From Kiritimatiellia bacterium (GTDB taxonomy: Bacteria > Verrucomicrobiota > Kiritimatiellia > UBA8416 > JABMPJ01): a DNA stretch of 64,000 nt. Shown piece by piece: positions 8,945 to 18,130 of this stretch. The stretch is taken from contig JADHWE010000006.1 of assembly GCA_016783675.1 (NCBI GenBank), forward strand, positions 1,406 to 65,405. Reading direction: 5' to 3'. Under the pieces are notes generated by a model that was not told where the DNA came from, searched no databases, and saw nothing but the letters and a program-made list of their open reading frames with translations. The position numbers and the translations under genes are program-made. Numbering within the stretch: position 1 is the stretch's first letter; each line of letters begins with the position of its first letter.

Positions 8945-10447
8945 TTACCCCACGATGGCTTTGAAGCGCTCGTAGGCAGCATCCCACGGGGCCTTGTCCC
9001 CGGGCTGGTACTCCTTGATCGGAAAAGCGGACCGAATGACCGGCTGTGCCGCCTCGATCGTGGAGATGATCCCCAACCCCACGGCCTGTACCATGAAATT
9101 GCCAACCGCCGTACCCTCCGTCGGGCCAGCCAGCACGGGCAGCCCGAGGGCATCTGCCGTGAACTGGTCCAGCAGCACGTTCTTGCTGCCGCCTCCGACG
9201 ATGTTTACGACACCTGATTCGGTGCCGCTCACCCGGCAGATCTGCTCATTCACCATGCGGTACTTCAGGGCCAGGCCTTCGTAGACCGTTCGCGTCATAC
9301 TGCCGCGGTCAGCAGGCACAGCCTGCCCGGTTCGCTTGCAGAATGCGACGATGGCCTCCTCCATGTTGTCCGGGTTATAGAAGGATGCGTCGTCCGGATC
9401 GATCACTGCTGCGAACGAGGGTGCGGCTGCCGTCAGGGCGTCCAGCTCGCGCCACTCGACTTCCTTGCCGTCCTCTACGGCCCATCCACGGCGCAGCTCC
9501 TGGACCAACCAGGTTCCCATGCAGTTCTTGAGGCAGCGTGTATTCCCCACCCCGCCTTCGTTGCTTATGTTAACGGCCATCGCCTCCGGAGTTGTGATGG
9601 GCTCGGGAACTAATTTGCCCACGAGCGACCACGTACCCGAACTGATGATCAGCGCCTTGGCAGGATCCTCAACCGGAGCCGCGGCAAAGGCACTGGCGGT
9701 ATCGTGGGCTGCGGCGGCCGTCAACGGCACGCGGTTGAGCCCCAGCGAATCGGCCAGTTCCGCGTGCATCGTCCCCATTGAGGCGCCCGGCTCGACAATC
9801 TCCGGGAGCATCCCTGCCGGGATACCCAGCGCGTCGAGCAGCTCCTTGCTCCATTCATGCGTGTGCGCATCCATGAGCTGCGACACGCTGGCCCAGGAGG
9901 AATCGACGCGCTTCTCGCCGCCAAGGAAGTAATAGAAGAGCGAAGGCACCGGCAGAAAGGCCGCGACCGATGCGAGCAACTCGGGACGGTTCTGGACCAG
10001 CCAGAGCAGCTGGTTACTCAGGTTGAACGGCTGAAAATGGATGCCGGTCACCTCGTAGATGCGGGACGGATCCACGCATGCCTTTACCTTGTCGACCATT
10101 GCGTCCAAACGATGGTCGCGGTAGCAGTACATCTTGGCCAACATATCGCCGTCCGCGTTCAGCAGTCCGCCATCGGCACCCCATGTATCGATCCCGATAG
10201 AATCCAGCTCCTCCGCCACATCACGGCGATAGGCCTGCAGCCCCATGATGATGTTGCGGTAGATGAACGTGTCGTCCCAGACCGTTCGCGGGCTAACGCG
10301 GCCCGTCCGGTCGGGGATATACATATCCATCCCGTCGTGGGCAAAACGATGGATCTCATCCATCGAGAATGTCCCATCGGCAAAGGTGCCGACAAAGCAC
10401 TTTCCTCCCGATGCTCCCAGGTCAACAGCAAACAGACGTTTGGGCAT
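8945..10447 (-). CDS. rhaB: FGGY-family sugar kinase, rhamnulokinase-like
   Basis: N-terminal FAVDLGASGGK and C-terminal VNIVGGGSKNVLLDQFTADALGLPVLAGPTEGTAVGN. The length (500 aa) and pattern resemble RhaB. Confidence 0.7.
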   Translation of the reverse strand: MPKRLFAVDLGASGGKCFVGTFADGTFSMDEIHRFAHDGMDMYIPDRTGRVSPRTVWDDTFIYRNIIMGLQAYRRDVAEELDSIGIDTWGADGGLLNADGDMLAKMYCYRDHRLDAMVDKVKACVDPSRIYEVTGIHFQPFNLSNQLLWLVQNRPELLASVAAFLPVPSLFYYFLGGEKRVDSSWASVSQLMDAHTHEWSKELLDALGIPAGMLPEIVEPGASMGTMHAELADSLGLNRVPLTAAAAHDTASAFAAAPVEDPAKALIISSGTWSLVGKLVPEPITTPEAMAVNISNEGGVGNTRCLKNCMGTWLVQELRRGWAVEDGKEVEWRELDALTAAAPSFAAVIDPDDASFYNPDNMEEAIVAFCKRTGQAVPADRGSMTRTVYEGLALKYRMVNEQICRVSGTESGVVNIVGGGSKNVLLDQFTADALGLPVLAGPTEGTAVGNFMVQAVGLGIISTIEAAQPVIRSAFPIKEYQPGDKAPWDAAYERFKAIVG

Positions 10448-10460
10448 GATGTGCTCCCTT

Positions 10461-11828
10461 CTATGCAGATAGACTCTTTACAGTATCACGAAACCACGAA
10501 AGCGCGCGTTCAGGTCCAATTTCCTCCAGCAGATCGGACTGTGCGTCCGACAGTGCAGACAGGGCGCCCACGGCCTCGAAGAAGCTGTTGCGGCCTGTTA
10601 CGTCGTTGAACTCCGCTACGGCCGCCGTCCCCATGTACGGAAACGCCGCATAGCGCGCCAGTAATGTGTGCCCAACCATGATGCGAGCACCGGTCAGAAA
10701 GACGTCCTTGAACTCGCGTAACACCTCACCCTCCAAATCGTCTACAAAGGGCAGCCCAAGTTTGTTCAACTCCGTCCCGATGTTGATGGGCAACCCCATG
10801 TCCACGGCCACGTTCACAATGGCTTTCAGGTTCCCGATCTTCACGGCCCGGGCGGCCGGATCGGAGATATTCCAGTTGCGATCCGGAACGATATTCAGTG
10901 CGCCCGCTCCCTTGGCGGCGAGATACTCACACATTTCGCGGGGATCCGCCTCACCTCCGCTGGTGCCGTCCAACCAGGTGATCATGGGAATGGCATCACA
11001 ACTCGCGACCCACGCGAGGAACTCCTCAACCGGCGGAAAGGTATCGGCCGATGGCGGCACGTACCCCAAGCCCCCTCGCTTGGCGAGACGCGAACGCACG
11101 GCCTCTTCAAGTGCAGGACGATCCTGCAGAAGCCCTTCTACTTCGGCGCGTTCCCGCTCAAGGAGATCGGACCAGAAGGCCGCCAGTCGCTCCGGCGAAT
11201 CGAACACTTCTTCAGCGCGGTTCACATAGGCACTAATGATATGCCGCTCTGTCGCATTGCCCGACGGTGTCAGCGGCAACACGTCCCCGGCGTAGTCCAG
11301 CGCGATGTCCGGAATCTTCTCGTTGAGGCGCGCCACCAGCTCTTCATTGCGTGACCGCGCCCCGTCCCTGAAGCCGGTCAACTGCCGTTCCTGCTGTGAG
11401 CCCGCCTCGGGTACCCGCGGGAATCCGCCCCCCATGATGTAGGTAACGCCCGGCTCACCCGGGGAGCTGATATCGTCGTTTGCGTACTCCGAGAAGTAGG
11501 CACGCGTCTCGAGATGAACGGCCGTACGAAGCCCGACAGCGCGGCCCGCAGCGAAGAACTCCTCCAGCCCATCGAGTACGTCGAAATCACACAGGCCCGC
11601 CGAATAGAAACCGGCCTCATGTGCGGCCCATACCAAGTGCGATGGCGACCAGCCCTCGGCGTTATAGGAGAAGAATGAGTGCATGTGCATATTGACGTCT
11701 TCGCCCACGGCGTCGCCACTGCCCTCATTCCTAATCAGCGCCCCCAGTGCTGCGCTGCGCTGCGCGCCATCAAACGTGTCCAACGGATGCATAGTCCCAC
11801 CGCCATTCTTCATTAGAAATATTTCCAC
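10461..11828 (-). CDS. PHP-domain metal-dependent phosphoesterase-like protein
   Basis: VNMHMHSFFSYNAEGWSP (H-x-H) near the N-terminus, followed by CDFDVLDG. The start codon is uncertain because several in-frame Met codons lie within the first 13 codons. Confidence 0.55.
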   Translation of the reverse strand: MEIFLMKNGGGTMHPLDTFDGAQRSAALGALIRNEGSGDAVGEDVNMHMHSFFSYNAEGWSPSHLVWAAHEAGFYSAGLCDFDVLDGLEEFFAAGRAVGLRTAVHLETRAYFSEYANDDISSPGEPGVTYIMGGGFPRVPEAGSQQERQLTGFRDGARSRNEELVARLNEKIPDIALDYAGDVLPLTPSGNATERHIISAYVNRAEEVFDSPERLAAFWSDLLERERAEVEGLLQDRPALEEAVRSRLAKRGGLGYVPPSADTFPPVEEFLAWVASCDAIPMITWLDGTSGGEADPREMCEYLAAKGAGALNIVPDRNWNISDPAARAVKIGNLKAIVNVAVDMGLPINIGTELNKLGLPFVDDLEGEVLREFKDVFLTGARIMVGHTLLARYAAFPYMGTAAVAEFNDVTGRNSFFEAVGALSALSDAQSDLLEEIGPERALSWFRDTVKSLSA

Positions 11829-11890
11829 ACTAAGCCCTGCGACCCGACCAAGGGCCGTCTCTTAAGGTGCAGGAAAAAGAGAGTGACCGA

Positions 11891-11920
11891 AAGCAAAAAG
11901 GCGTCCCAAGCGGAACGCCC
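11891..11920 (-). terminator. putative rho-independent terminator after the RRM-protein gene
   Basis: The minus strand reads GGCGT-N-ACGCC hairpin followed by TTTTTGCTT. A second hairpin, GATGCGG-ATTT-CCGCATC, lies at 11936-11953. Confidence 0.45.
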
Positions 11921-11961
11921 TCCTGCTGATTGCTTGATGCGGAAATCCGCATCCATTCCGC

Positions 11962-12252
11962 TTACCGGCGATTCTGTCCGCCAAAACCGCCACCGCCGCC
12001 CTCGTTGCGTGGACGCGGCTGCGACTCGTTAACCCGCAGCGGACGCCCCATGAAGTCGGAACCGTTAGTGGCTTCGATTGCCTGGTCAGCCTCAGCACGC
12101 TCAGGCATCTCGACAAACCCAAAACCCTTCGAGCGACCGGTCATGCGGTCCGAGATTACACGGGCCGACGTTACCGTACCGTGGTTCGCGAACAACTCCT
12201 GCAGGTCACTGTCTGTTGCCTCATAGGGCAGGTTACCAACATAGATATCCAT
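11962..12252 (-). CDS. RRM-type RNA-binding protein
   Basis: RNP-2 IYVGNL and RNP-1 KGFGFVEM motifs, with a Gly-rich tail GGGGGFGG. Confidence 0.85.
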   Translation of the reverse strand: MDIYVGNLPYEATDSDLQELFANHGTVTSARVISDRMTGRSKGFGFVEMPERAEADQAIEATNGSDFMGRPLRVNESQPRPRNEGGGGGFGGQNRR

Positions 12253-12470
12253 CTATCCGTCCTCATTCGTGTCATGATCCATACGCATCCCATTCCTCTC
12301 CCATGACACAAGGCGAAGTCCGGTGCCGACCCACTACTTCTTAAGTCGCCGAACTGAAGAATGCAATATTGGGGACGGCGATGTAAACGGCTTTTTAGAG
12401 AAAATGGCAGGTGCGCCAACGGGCCGAATACCGCCGGATCGAGAGTTCAGTGGCACGAAACACCTTGCCG

Positions 12471-13226
12471 CTAGGGACTCTCGGGAACGAGCGACTTGAC
12501 GTACTCCAAGGTTGCCTTCAGGCGATAGCAGAGGCGCAGTTCCTTCGTGACCGGGTTGTACTGGATCGGGTTGACCACCAGCCGAACGAGCTTGTTGGTG
12601 CCTGCCCACGCCTCCTGTACACGCACCACATGCGAAGGGAAAAGCGCATCCTGCGCATAGATCTCGGGTGAACGGACCCGCTCGATGATCGGGTCGGCCT
12701 CCTCACTCTCGCCTTCAATTACCTTGCGCACCGCGATGGCCGCGATATCCACGCCCTGCGTGGCCGAGGCAAACGCGGCATCTGTCACCGTCGGCATCAG
12801 GTTCCAGCCCACCTTGCCCGGCAACACCCAGGCGAGCCCGCCGATGTCGGGCGAGCCCGGCTTGCGACGCGCACCGCCACCGCGCACACGGACGACATTG
12901 CCCTCCGCTGTTTCGAACATCTCGGCGTAGGGATCCTGAAGCGTGATGTGGTAGAGACCCTTGTCACGCTCTTGCGTGAGCGACACGTAGCTCCGCGGCC
13001 GGCCCTTCGTTGCTGCGGGACCCAGGGCCAGGCCTTCCTCGGCATCCAACTCGGACGGTTCAGGGGCGATGAGAACAGCCTGTGCCGGCGTACCGGGCTG
13101 GGGGGCTTCGGATTGAGTCGCGTCGGGAACCGGCTCGGACTCGCGTCGACAACCTGCCAGCAGCACGATCACGCCTACGGCGATAGCGAAGCCAACCATT
13201 CCCACACTTCGTACTTTCTCAATCAT
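12471..13226 (-). CDS. lipoprotein with a C25-peptidase-propeptide-like C-terminal domain and no peptidase domain
   Basis: Starting at Met 13226 gives a signal peptide with lipobox LLAGC. The C-terminus EIYAQDALFPSHVVRVQEAWAGTNKLVRLVVNPIQYNPVTKELRLCYRLKATLEYV resembles the gingipain-family propeptide domain. Confidence 0.5.
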   Translation of the reverse strand: MIEKVRSVGMVGFAIAVGVIVLLAGCRRESEPVPDATQSEAPQPGTPAQAVLIAPEPSELDAEEGLALGPAATKGRPRSYVSLTQERDKGLYHITLQDPYAEMFETAEGNVVRVRGGGARRKPGSPDIGGLAWVLPGKVGWNLMPTVTDAAFASATQGVDIAAIAVRKVIEGESEEADPIIERVRSPEIYAQDALFPSHVVRVQEAWAGTNKLVRLVVNPIQYNPVTKELRLCYRLKATLEYVKSLVPESP

Positions 13227-13332
13227 ATACCCCTCCAAATGCCAGCCATGGAACCACACCAAGAGACTAGGTCAACCATCCTCGCCACTCAAGGCGAAAT
13301 AAATCCCGGCAACCTGACCACCCACCGCCGGG

Positions 13333-15084
13333 TCATCCCCTCCAGTGACGACCGGGGCCTGCCGTTACCCGGAGCACCTCGTCGATGCTCGTTTCGCCTG
13401 CCAGGACGCGCAGCCAACCGCACTGACGCAACGTCAGCAAACCCGTGGACTCCACGGCAGACTCCATCAGCCGGCCGCTGGGCGCGCGCTCCACGATCAG
13501 CCCCCGCAACATGTCGTTCATCACGATCATCTCGAACAGACCGATCCGCCCATGGTATCCCGTGAATCGACAGTCCGGACACCCCGTGCCCTTATAGATT
13601 GTCGCCTCCCTGACCTTCTCGCCAATGGACCGTACCATCTGTTCGATTAACGGTTTCTCGACACTCACCGCCGCACGGCACGACGGGCAGACCCGCCGCA
13701 CGAGTTGCTGGGCGATGATTCCCTCCACGCTGGAGGCAACCAGGTACGGCGGCACGCCCATTTCGATCAACCGGGTCGCGGCGCTGGCGGAGTCGTTCGT
13801 GTGCAGCGTACTGAATACGAGGTGACCGGTCATCGCGGCACTCGTGGCGATACGGGCCGTTTCCTCGTCCCTGATCTCGCCGATCAGCACCACGTCCGGG
13901 TCATGGCGGAGAACGGAGCGTAGTCCGGATGCAAAGGTGAAATCGATGTCGGTATTAACCTGTAGCTGCGTAACGCCCGGCATTCGGTATTCAACGGGAT
14001 CTTCGATCGTTATGATCTTGCGCTCATCTGTATTGATCCGTGAGAGGCTGGCGTACAGGCTGGTGGTCTTGCCGCTACCGGTCGCGCCCGTATAGAGCAT
14101 AATCCCGTGCGGCGCCGTGATCAGATCCTCGATCGTTTCGAGCTGCTCGGGGCTGTACCCCAACTGGTCAAGCTTCAGGAAAGACGATTCCCGGTTCAGG
14201 ATGCGCAAGTTGGCCGCTTCACCATGCTCGGCCGGCAGGACAGAGACACGAATATCCAGCGCGCGTCCGTCCACATCGAACCCGAAGCGGCCATCCTGGG
14301 GCAGACGCTTTTCGGCGATATTGAGCTGGGCCATCACCTTGATGCTCGACACGATCGCCCGCGCGAACCCTTCCGCGCCTTGCGGCAGCGGCACGGACGC
14401 CATCACGCCATCGATCCGGTAACGCAGACGCAAACCCGTCTCGGAGGGTTCAAAGTGGATATCGGTCGCCTCGGAAGCCACCGCATCCTCAATGATCGCA
14501 TTCACAAACGCCGTGATGTCGCGGGATTCGTGCTCGGCGCCAGTCCGGCCTGATGCTGCAGGCTGTCCACCGGGGTCCTGTCCCGCCAGGGCATGAATGC
14601 CGACACCGTAGTAGTGCTTGATGCATTCGGTGATCTCGTGTGACCGACACAGGACCCATCGAATCGAGTGTCCCAGGACAACGCGCAGCTCTTCCTCGCG
14701 GGCCAGTTCGGCAACCGAATCCGTCGCCAGCGTGATAGCCCCGCCGTATAGCCGAACCGGCACCACGCGATAGCTCGCGATAACCCGCACCGACACGGTC
14801 TTGACCGCCTGCTCCTCGGGCTCGACCCGCGCCATGGAAACCACCGGAATGCCCGTCACTTGCGCCAGAAGGTCCAGTACGGCCCCTTCCTCAACGAGGC
14901 CATCGCGAATGAGCAGGCGATCGAACGGTTCCTTCAGCCAGCGCGCCCGGTGCTGCGCCTGCTCCACTTTTTCGGTGTCGAGCAGGTCCTGCTCAACCAA
15001 CTGCTCACCGATCCGGCGCGCAATCGTGGTCTCGCCGGGCAGACGCCCGCCGCCAACAACGCCGATATAGTCATCAACCTTCAC
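13333..15084 (-). CDS. GspE/PilB-family type II secretion / type IV pilus assembly ATPase
   Basis: Walker A GATGSGKTTSLYA, Walker B PDVVLIGEIRD, His box TGHLVFSTLHTND, tetra-Cys CPSC...CPDC. The start is placed at GTG 15084, which forms a GTGA overlap with the upstream stop. The Arg/Gly-rich 77-codon 5' extension in the track is rejected. Confidence 0.85.
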   Translation of the reverse strand: MKVDDYIGVVGGGRLPGETTIARRIGEQLVEQDLLDTEKVEQAQHRARWLKEPFDRLLIRDGLVEEGAVLDLLAQVTGIPVVSMARVEPEEQAVKTVSVRVIASYRVVPVRLYGGAITLATDSVAELAREEELRVVLGHSIRWVLCRSHEITECIKHYYGVGIHALAGQDPGGQPAASGRTGAEHESRDITAFVNAIIEDAVASEATDIHFEPSETGLRLRYRIDGVMASVPLPQGAEGFARAIVSSIKVMAQLNIAEKRLPQDGRFGFDVDGRALDIRVSVLPAEHGEAANLRILNRESSFLKLDQLGYSPEQLETIEDLITAPHGIMLYTGATGSGKTTSLYASLSRINTDERKIITIEDPVEYRMPGVTQLQVNTDIDFTFASGLRSVLRHDPDVVLIGEIRDEETARIATSAAMTGHLVFSTLHTNDSASAATRLIEMGVPPYLVASSVEGIIAQQLVRRVCPSCRAAVSVEKPLIEQMVRSIGEKVREATIYKGTGCPDCRFTGYHGRIGLFEMIVMNDMLRGLIVERAPSGRLMESAVESTGLLTLRQCGWLRVLAGETSIDEVLRVTAGPGRHWRG

Positions 15085-15692
15085 GGACCGTCCTTCCGGA
15101 CGCGGGTCACGACCCCAACTCTCAGGGGGTGCTCCGCCTCGTCCTGTCCGACTACGAGCAGTACGTGCTCGGCCGAGATATCCTTCACGCGACCGGCCAG
15201 CAGCGTGTCGCCCACCTTCAACGTGTGGAGCGTGCCCGCCTCCACTTCCCGCACGAGGGCCACCCGTGATCCGTCTGTACGCGCAATCATGCCCTGGTAG
15301 TTGACACCGACCCATTTTGGAGCCGACTTCGGCTTGGCAGGTGCCGGGCTTGGTTTCGCCGGCGCCGGCTTGGGCTGTACGACGGGAGTCTGCCTGGCCC
15401 GGGCCGCTTCGCGCTCCCGCTTCCGACTCGCCTCCAGGTCGAGCCAGGCCACGAGGAAAGCGGACGTAAAGGGGTCTTCGATGTCCCCGCGCGCCATCGC
15501 CCCGGCCACGCGCTCCGGAACGGCGTCACCGCGGGAGCTGCGTACACGGTGCCCGCCCGTCTTGAGCCCCGCGCCTTGCCGTGAACCACGGTGCAACAGG
15601 ACCACCAGGACGACGCACAACAGCAGCAGCGAAAACAGAAAGACCGCGCGTGCATTGATCTTGAGTACCAGTCTCCAGAGCAGCTCAACCAT
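15081..15692 (-). CDS. PilP/GspC-like bitopic assembly protein (hypothetical)
   Basis: One N-terminal TM segment (AVFLFSLLLLCVVLVVLL), a Pro/Ala/Lys linker (QPKPAPAKPSPAPAKPKSAPK), and a small beta-rich C-terminal domain. It sits between the PilO-like and ATPase genes. Confidence 0.5.
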   Translation of the reverse strand: MVELLWRLVLKINARAVFLFSLLLLCVVLVVLLHRGSRQGAGLKTGGHRVRSSRGDAVPERVAGAMARGDIEDPFTSAFLVAWLDLEASRKREREAARARQTPVVQPKPAPAKPSPAPAKPKSAPKWVGVNYQGMIARTDGSRVALVREVEAGTLHTLKVGDTLLAGRVKDISAEHVLLVVGQDEAEHPLRVGVVTRVRKDGP

Positions 15693-16596
15693 CGTACCGG
15701 GCCTCCCTGCGTTGCTGGGCCACTCGTGCGCGACGGCCGCGCGCCGATCCGGGAATGCCGACCTCGGGGGTCTCAGGCTCTCCGTCCCCGTGGGGCTCTG
15801 TCACGCCGTTGCGCAGTTCAAACAGAAAGGCGCCGGCCACGATCTCGGCTTCCAGCATGCGTGCGCCGTGCGTCCCCATGCGCTCTACCCGCACCTTCCG
15901 GATCGAGTAGAAACTGCCCTGCTGCGAGAGCATGTCGAGAAAACGAACCAGGTGCTTGAACGAACAGCGCACCACCATCCGCGTGGGAAATTCCATGGCC
16001 ATCTGCGAGGCATCGTCGTTGAGGGCAAATGCAAGGGGAACGCCCGACTCGATGTGCTCAATCGCGGGAAGCCTGGCATCGATGGCCAACTGCACCAGTC
16101 GCATCGTCGCCACCAGATGCCACAACCTCAGCTCGGCCCGCTCCTCCGAGCCGATGGTTTCGGATACCCCCAAGTCCTCCGGCAACACGACATCGGCCGC
16201 CTCCGCATTCTCGAGGAGTTGCTCCCGCGCATCGAACAGCGCGACCTTGAAGTCAATACGACCGTCATCATACGTGGGCAGTGCTTTTCGGATATCCGTG
16301 TAATCGCGAAACGTGTCCATGCGCTCACGAAGATAGTCCCACTCCGCTACTAGTTGACGGTTGCGGACCGTTGCTGTTGCCAGTCGCTCGGACAGGCCCC
16401 CGTCTTCCATGCGCACACGGAAGGCGGCCAACTCATCCTCGACATTCAGGATCTGCTCGTCACATGCCCCGATTTCTTCCTGGAGCGGATTCAGGACAAA
16501 TGCCCACAAGGCGCCGGTGACGACCAGGCACACCACCAGGATCAGCACCACCTGGGTGCGCAGTGCGCGTACATCGTTATGGACAGCCCTGCTCAT
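15685..16596 (-). CDS. PilO-like bitopic pilus/secretion assembly protein
   Basis: N-terminal TM segment (VVLILVVCLVVTGALWAFVL) followed by a coiled-coil region. Overlaps both neighbours, which suggests translational coupling. Confidence 0.55.
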   Translation of the reverse strand: MSRAVHNDVRALRTQVVLILVVCLVVTGALWAFVLNPLQEEIGACDEQILNVEDELAAFRVRMEDGGLSERLATATVRNRQLVAEWDYLRERMDTFRDYTDIRKALPTYDDGRIDFKVALFDAREQLLENAEAADVVLPEDLGVSETIGSEERAELRLWHLVATMRLVQLAIDARLPAIEHIESGVPLAFALNDDASQMAMEFPTRMVVRCSFKHLVRFLDMLSQQGSFYSIRKVRVERMGTHGARMLEAEIVAGAFLFELRNGVTEPHGDGEPETPEVGIPGSARGRRARVAQQRREARYDG

Positions 16597-18125
16597 GGCA
16601 CTTCCAACGTCATTTCAATCACGAAGAGACTGCATCCCGTGTCAGCCCAGCGTTCATCACGTGCGGGGTCATTGCGAAGCCGCTCGTCGCCGAGCAAATC
16701 AGCATCCACCACCCCCACCTGCTCGTGCAGTCGCTCGATCATCTGCCCCACGGTCGAGAAATCGTCCACCGGCGTGTACCCTTCCACAATGACGCTCACG
16801 AACCCGGCACCGTCGCTCACACCCGACCGCCCACCATCGCTGAAATCGTCGGCACTGGAGATGCCGAAGTAGGCATCCGCGTCGGCGAACAGGCTCAGCC
16901 AATCGTCCGGATGCTTGGCCTTGGATACCGAGGCCATTGCGATGCGCAGCACGTCGGCGTTCTCGACGGCCGTACGGAACGGGACGATCCGCAACTCCAA
17001 CTGCTCGTTCAGGTTTTCCGTGACGCCCAGTTTCCGGTCGAGTGCATGCAGGCCGGCCAGTTCAACCTGGCGCAGTCGAAGATATTCGCGATCCCACCGC
17101 AACTGGGCAAAGGCGCCGCCCGCCAGGAGCAACACGAGACCGACAAGTGCCAGGGCACTCAAGGCCCAGTACTGCTTCTGCCACCGCAGGATGCGCGACT
17201 CACGCAGCGCGCGCGGTAACAGGCTGATGCCCGCCCCACCCCGCCGCAGACCGCACGCCGCCAACCCGATGGCCCGACCATAGCGCTCGATCTCGCCCAT
17301 GGGCGCCTTGCGCGCCCACTGCCCAAGACACACTGCTTCCACGCCCGTGGCTTTCGCAACGTCGTCCACAACCCCCTCCGCGAGGGCGCCACCCCCGCTC
17401 AGGATGATACGCTTAACGGCAAATGCAGGCGTCGGGAATGCGGCGTGGAACGACTCGAGGCAGGCCGCAATTTCTCCGGCTAACGGCGACTCCGTTCCGG
17501 CCTCGGCCCCCATCGCCGGTTCGTTGGTAAGGCAACGTGAGAAGAGCACCTTGCTGCCGCGCCCTACGACGACCTCGACCCCGGCGTGGCCGATGTCAAC
17601 ACACATGGTGCCGCCAGGTATTACGCCCTTGCGCCCCAGCTCATAGACGGCCCGGTAGAGTGCCATCGAGCCGGGAACAATGTCGCCCACGTCCTCTTCG
17701 CCAAGATCAGACAATACCGAAGCCGCGCGACCCACGGCGTCGGCACGCGCCATGGCCAACAGCAGGTAGCGGTGTCCGGCGCTGCGAAACACAACATGGT
17801 CTACCGCCGTGTCTTCTTCAGTCAGCCCTTCTACACGATCCTGTTCGGATGTCACGATATCTGCGATCGATTGCGCCCCGCCTTCCGGCACCTCAACCAC
17901 GTTGAGCATCATGTCTTTGCCCGGCACGCCGACGACGCACGGTACATCGGCGTAGTCCTTGTCGGTCATGAAGGCCGTCAGAAGGCGGCGGCGCTCGGAG
18001 GTATCCTGTGGCAGGTGGACCCAATCGGACTCGCGTACGATCAGCTGCCCCGCAATGCGCATGGCGCGCACTACCTTTGCGGAGTGCGACCCCAGGTCAA
18101 GCCCAACCATCTCCCTGTGAATCAT
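16593..18125 (-). CDS. PilM (actin-like ATPase fold) fused to a PilN-like TM/coiled-coil region
   Basis: VGLDLGSHSAKVV and MCVDIGHAGVEVVV phosphate-loop-like motifs. A TM segment (YWALSALALVGLVLLLAGGAF) lies around residue 335, followed by about 160 aa of periplasmic sequence. Confidence 0.7.
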   Translation of the reverse strand: MIHREMVGLDLGSHSAKVVRAMRIAGQLIVRESDWVHLPQDTSERRRLLTAFMTDKDYADVPCVVGVPGKDMMLNVVEVPEGGAQSIADIVTSEQDRVEGLTEEDTAVDHVVFRSAGHRYLLLAMARADAVGRAASVLSDLGEEDVGDIVPGSMALYRAVYELGRKGVIPGGTMCVDIGHAGVEVVVGRGSKVLFSRCLTNEPAMGAEAGTESPLAGEIAACLESFHAAFPTPAFAVKRIILSGGGALAEGVVDDVAKATGVEAVCLGQWARKAPMGEIERYGRAIGLAACGLRRGGAGISLLPRALRESRILRWQKQYWALSALALVGLVLLLAGGAFAQLRWDREYLRLRQVELAGLHALDRKLGVTENLNEQLELRIVPFRTAVENADVLRIAMASVSKAKHPDDWLSLFADADAYFGISSADDFSDGGRSGVSDGAGFVSVIVEGYTPVDDFSTVGQMIERLHEQVGVVDADLLGDERLRNDPARDERWADTGCSLFVIEMTLEVP

Positions 18126-18130
18126 GGGTC

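Noticed and set aside
15085-15315. 5' extension of the GspE/PilB ORF (MGRCQLPGHDCAYRRITGG...)
   Set aside because: The extension overlaps the upstream PilP-like gene by 230 nt and is Arg/Gly-rich. GTG 15084 forms a GTGA stop-start overlap and begins the conserved T2SSE N-domain.
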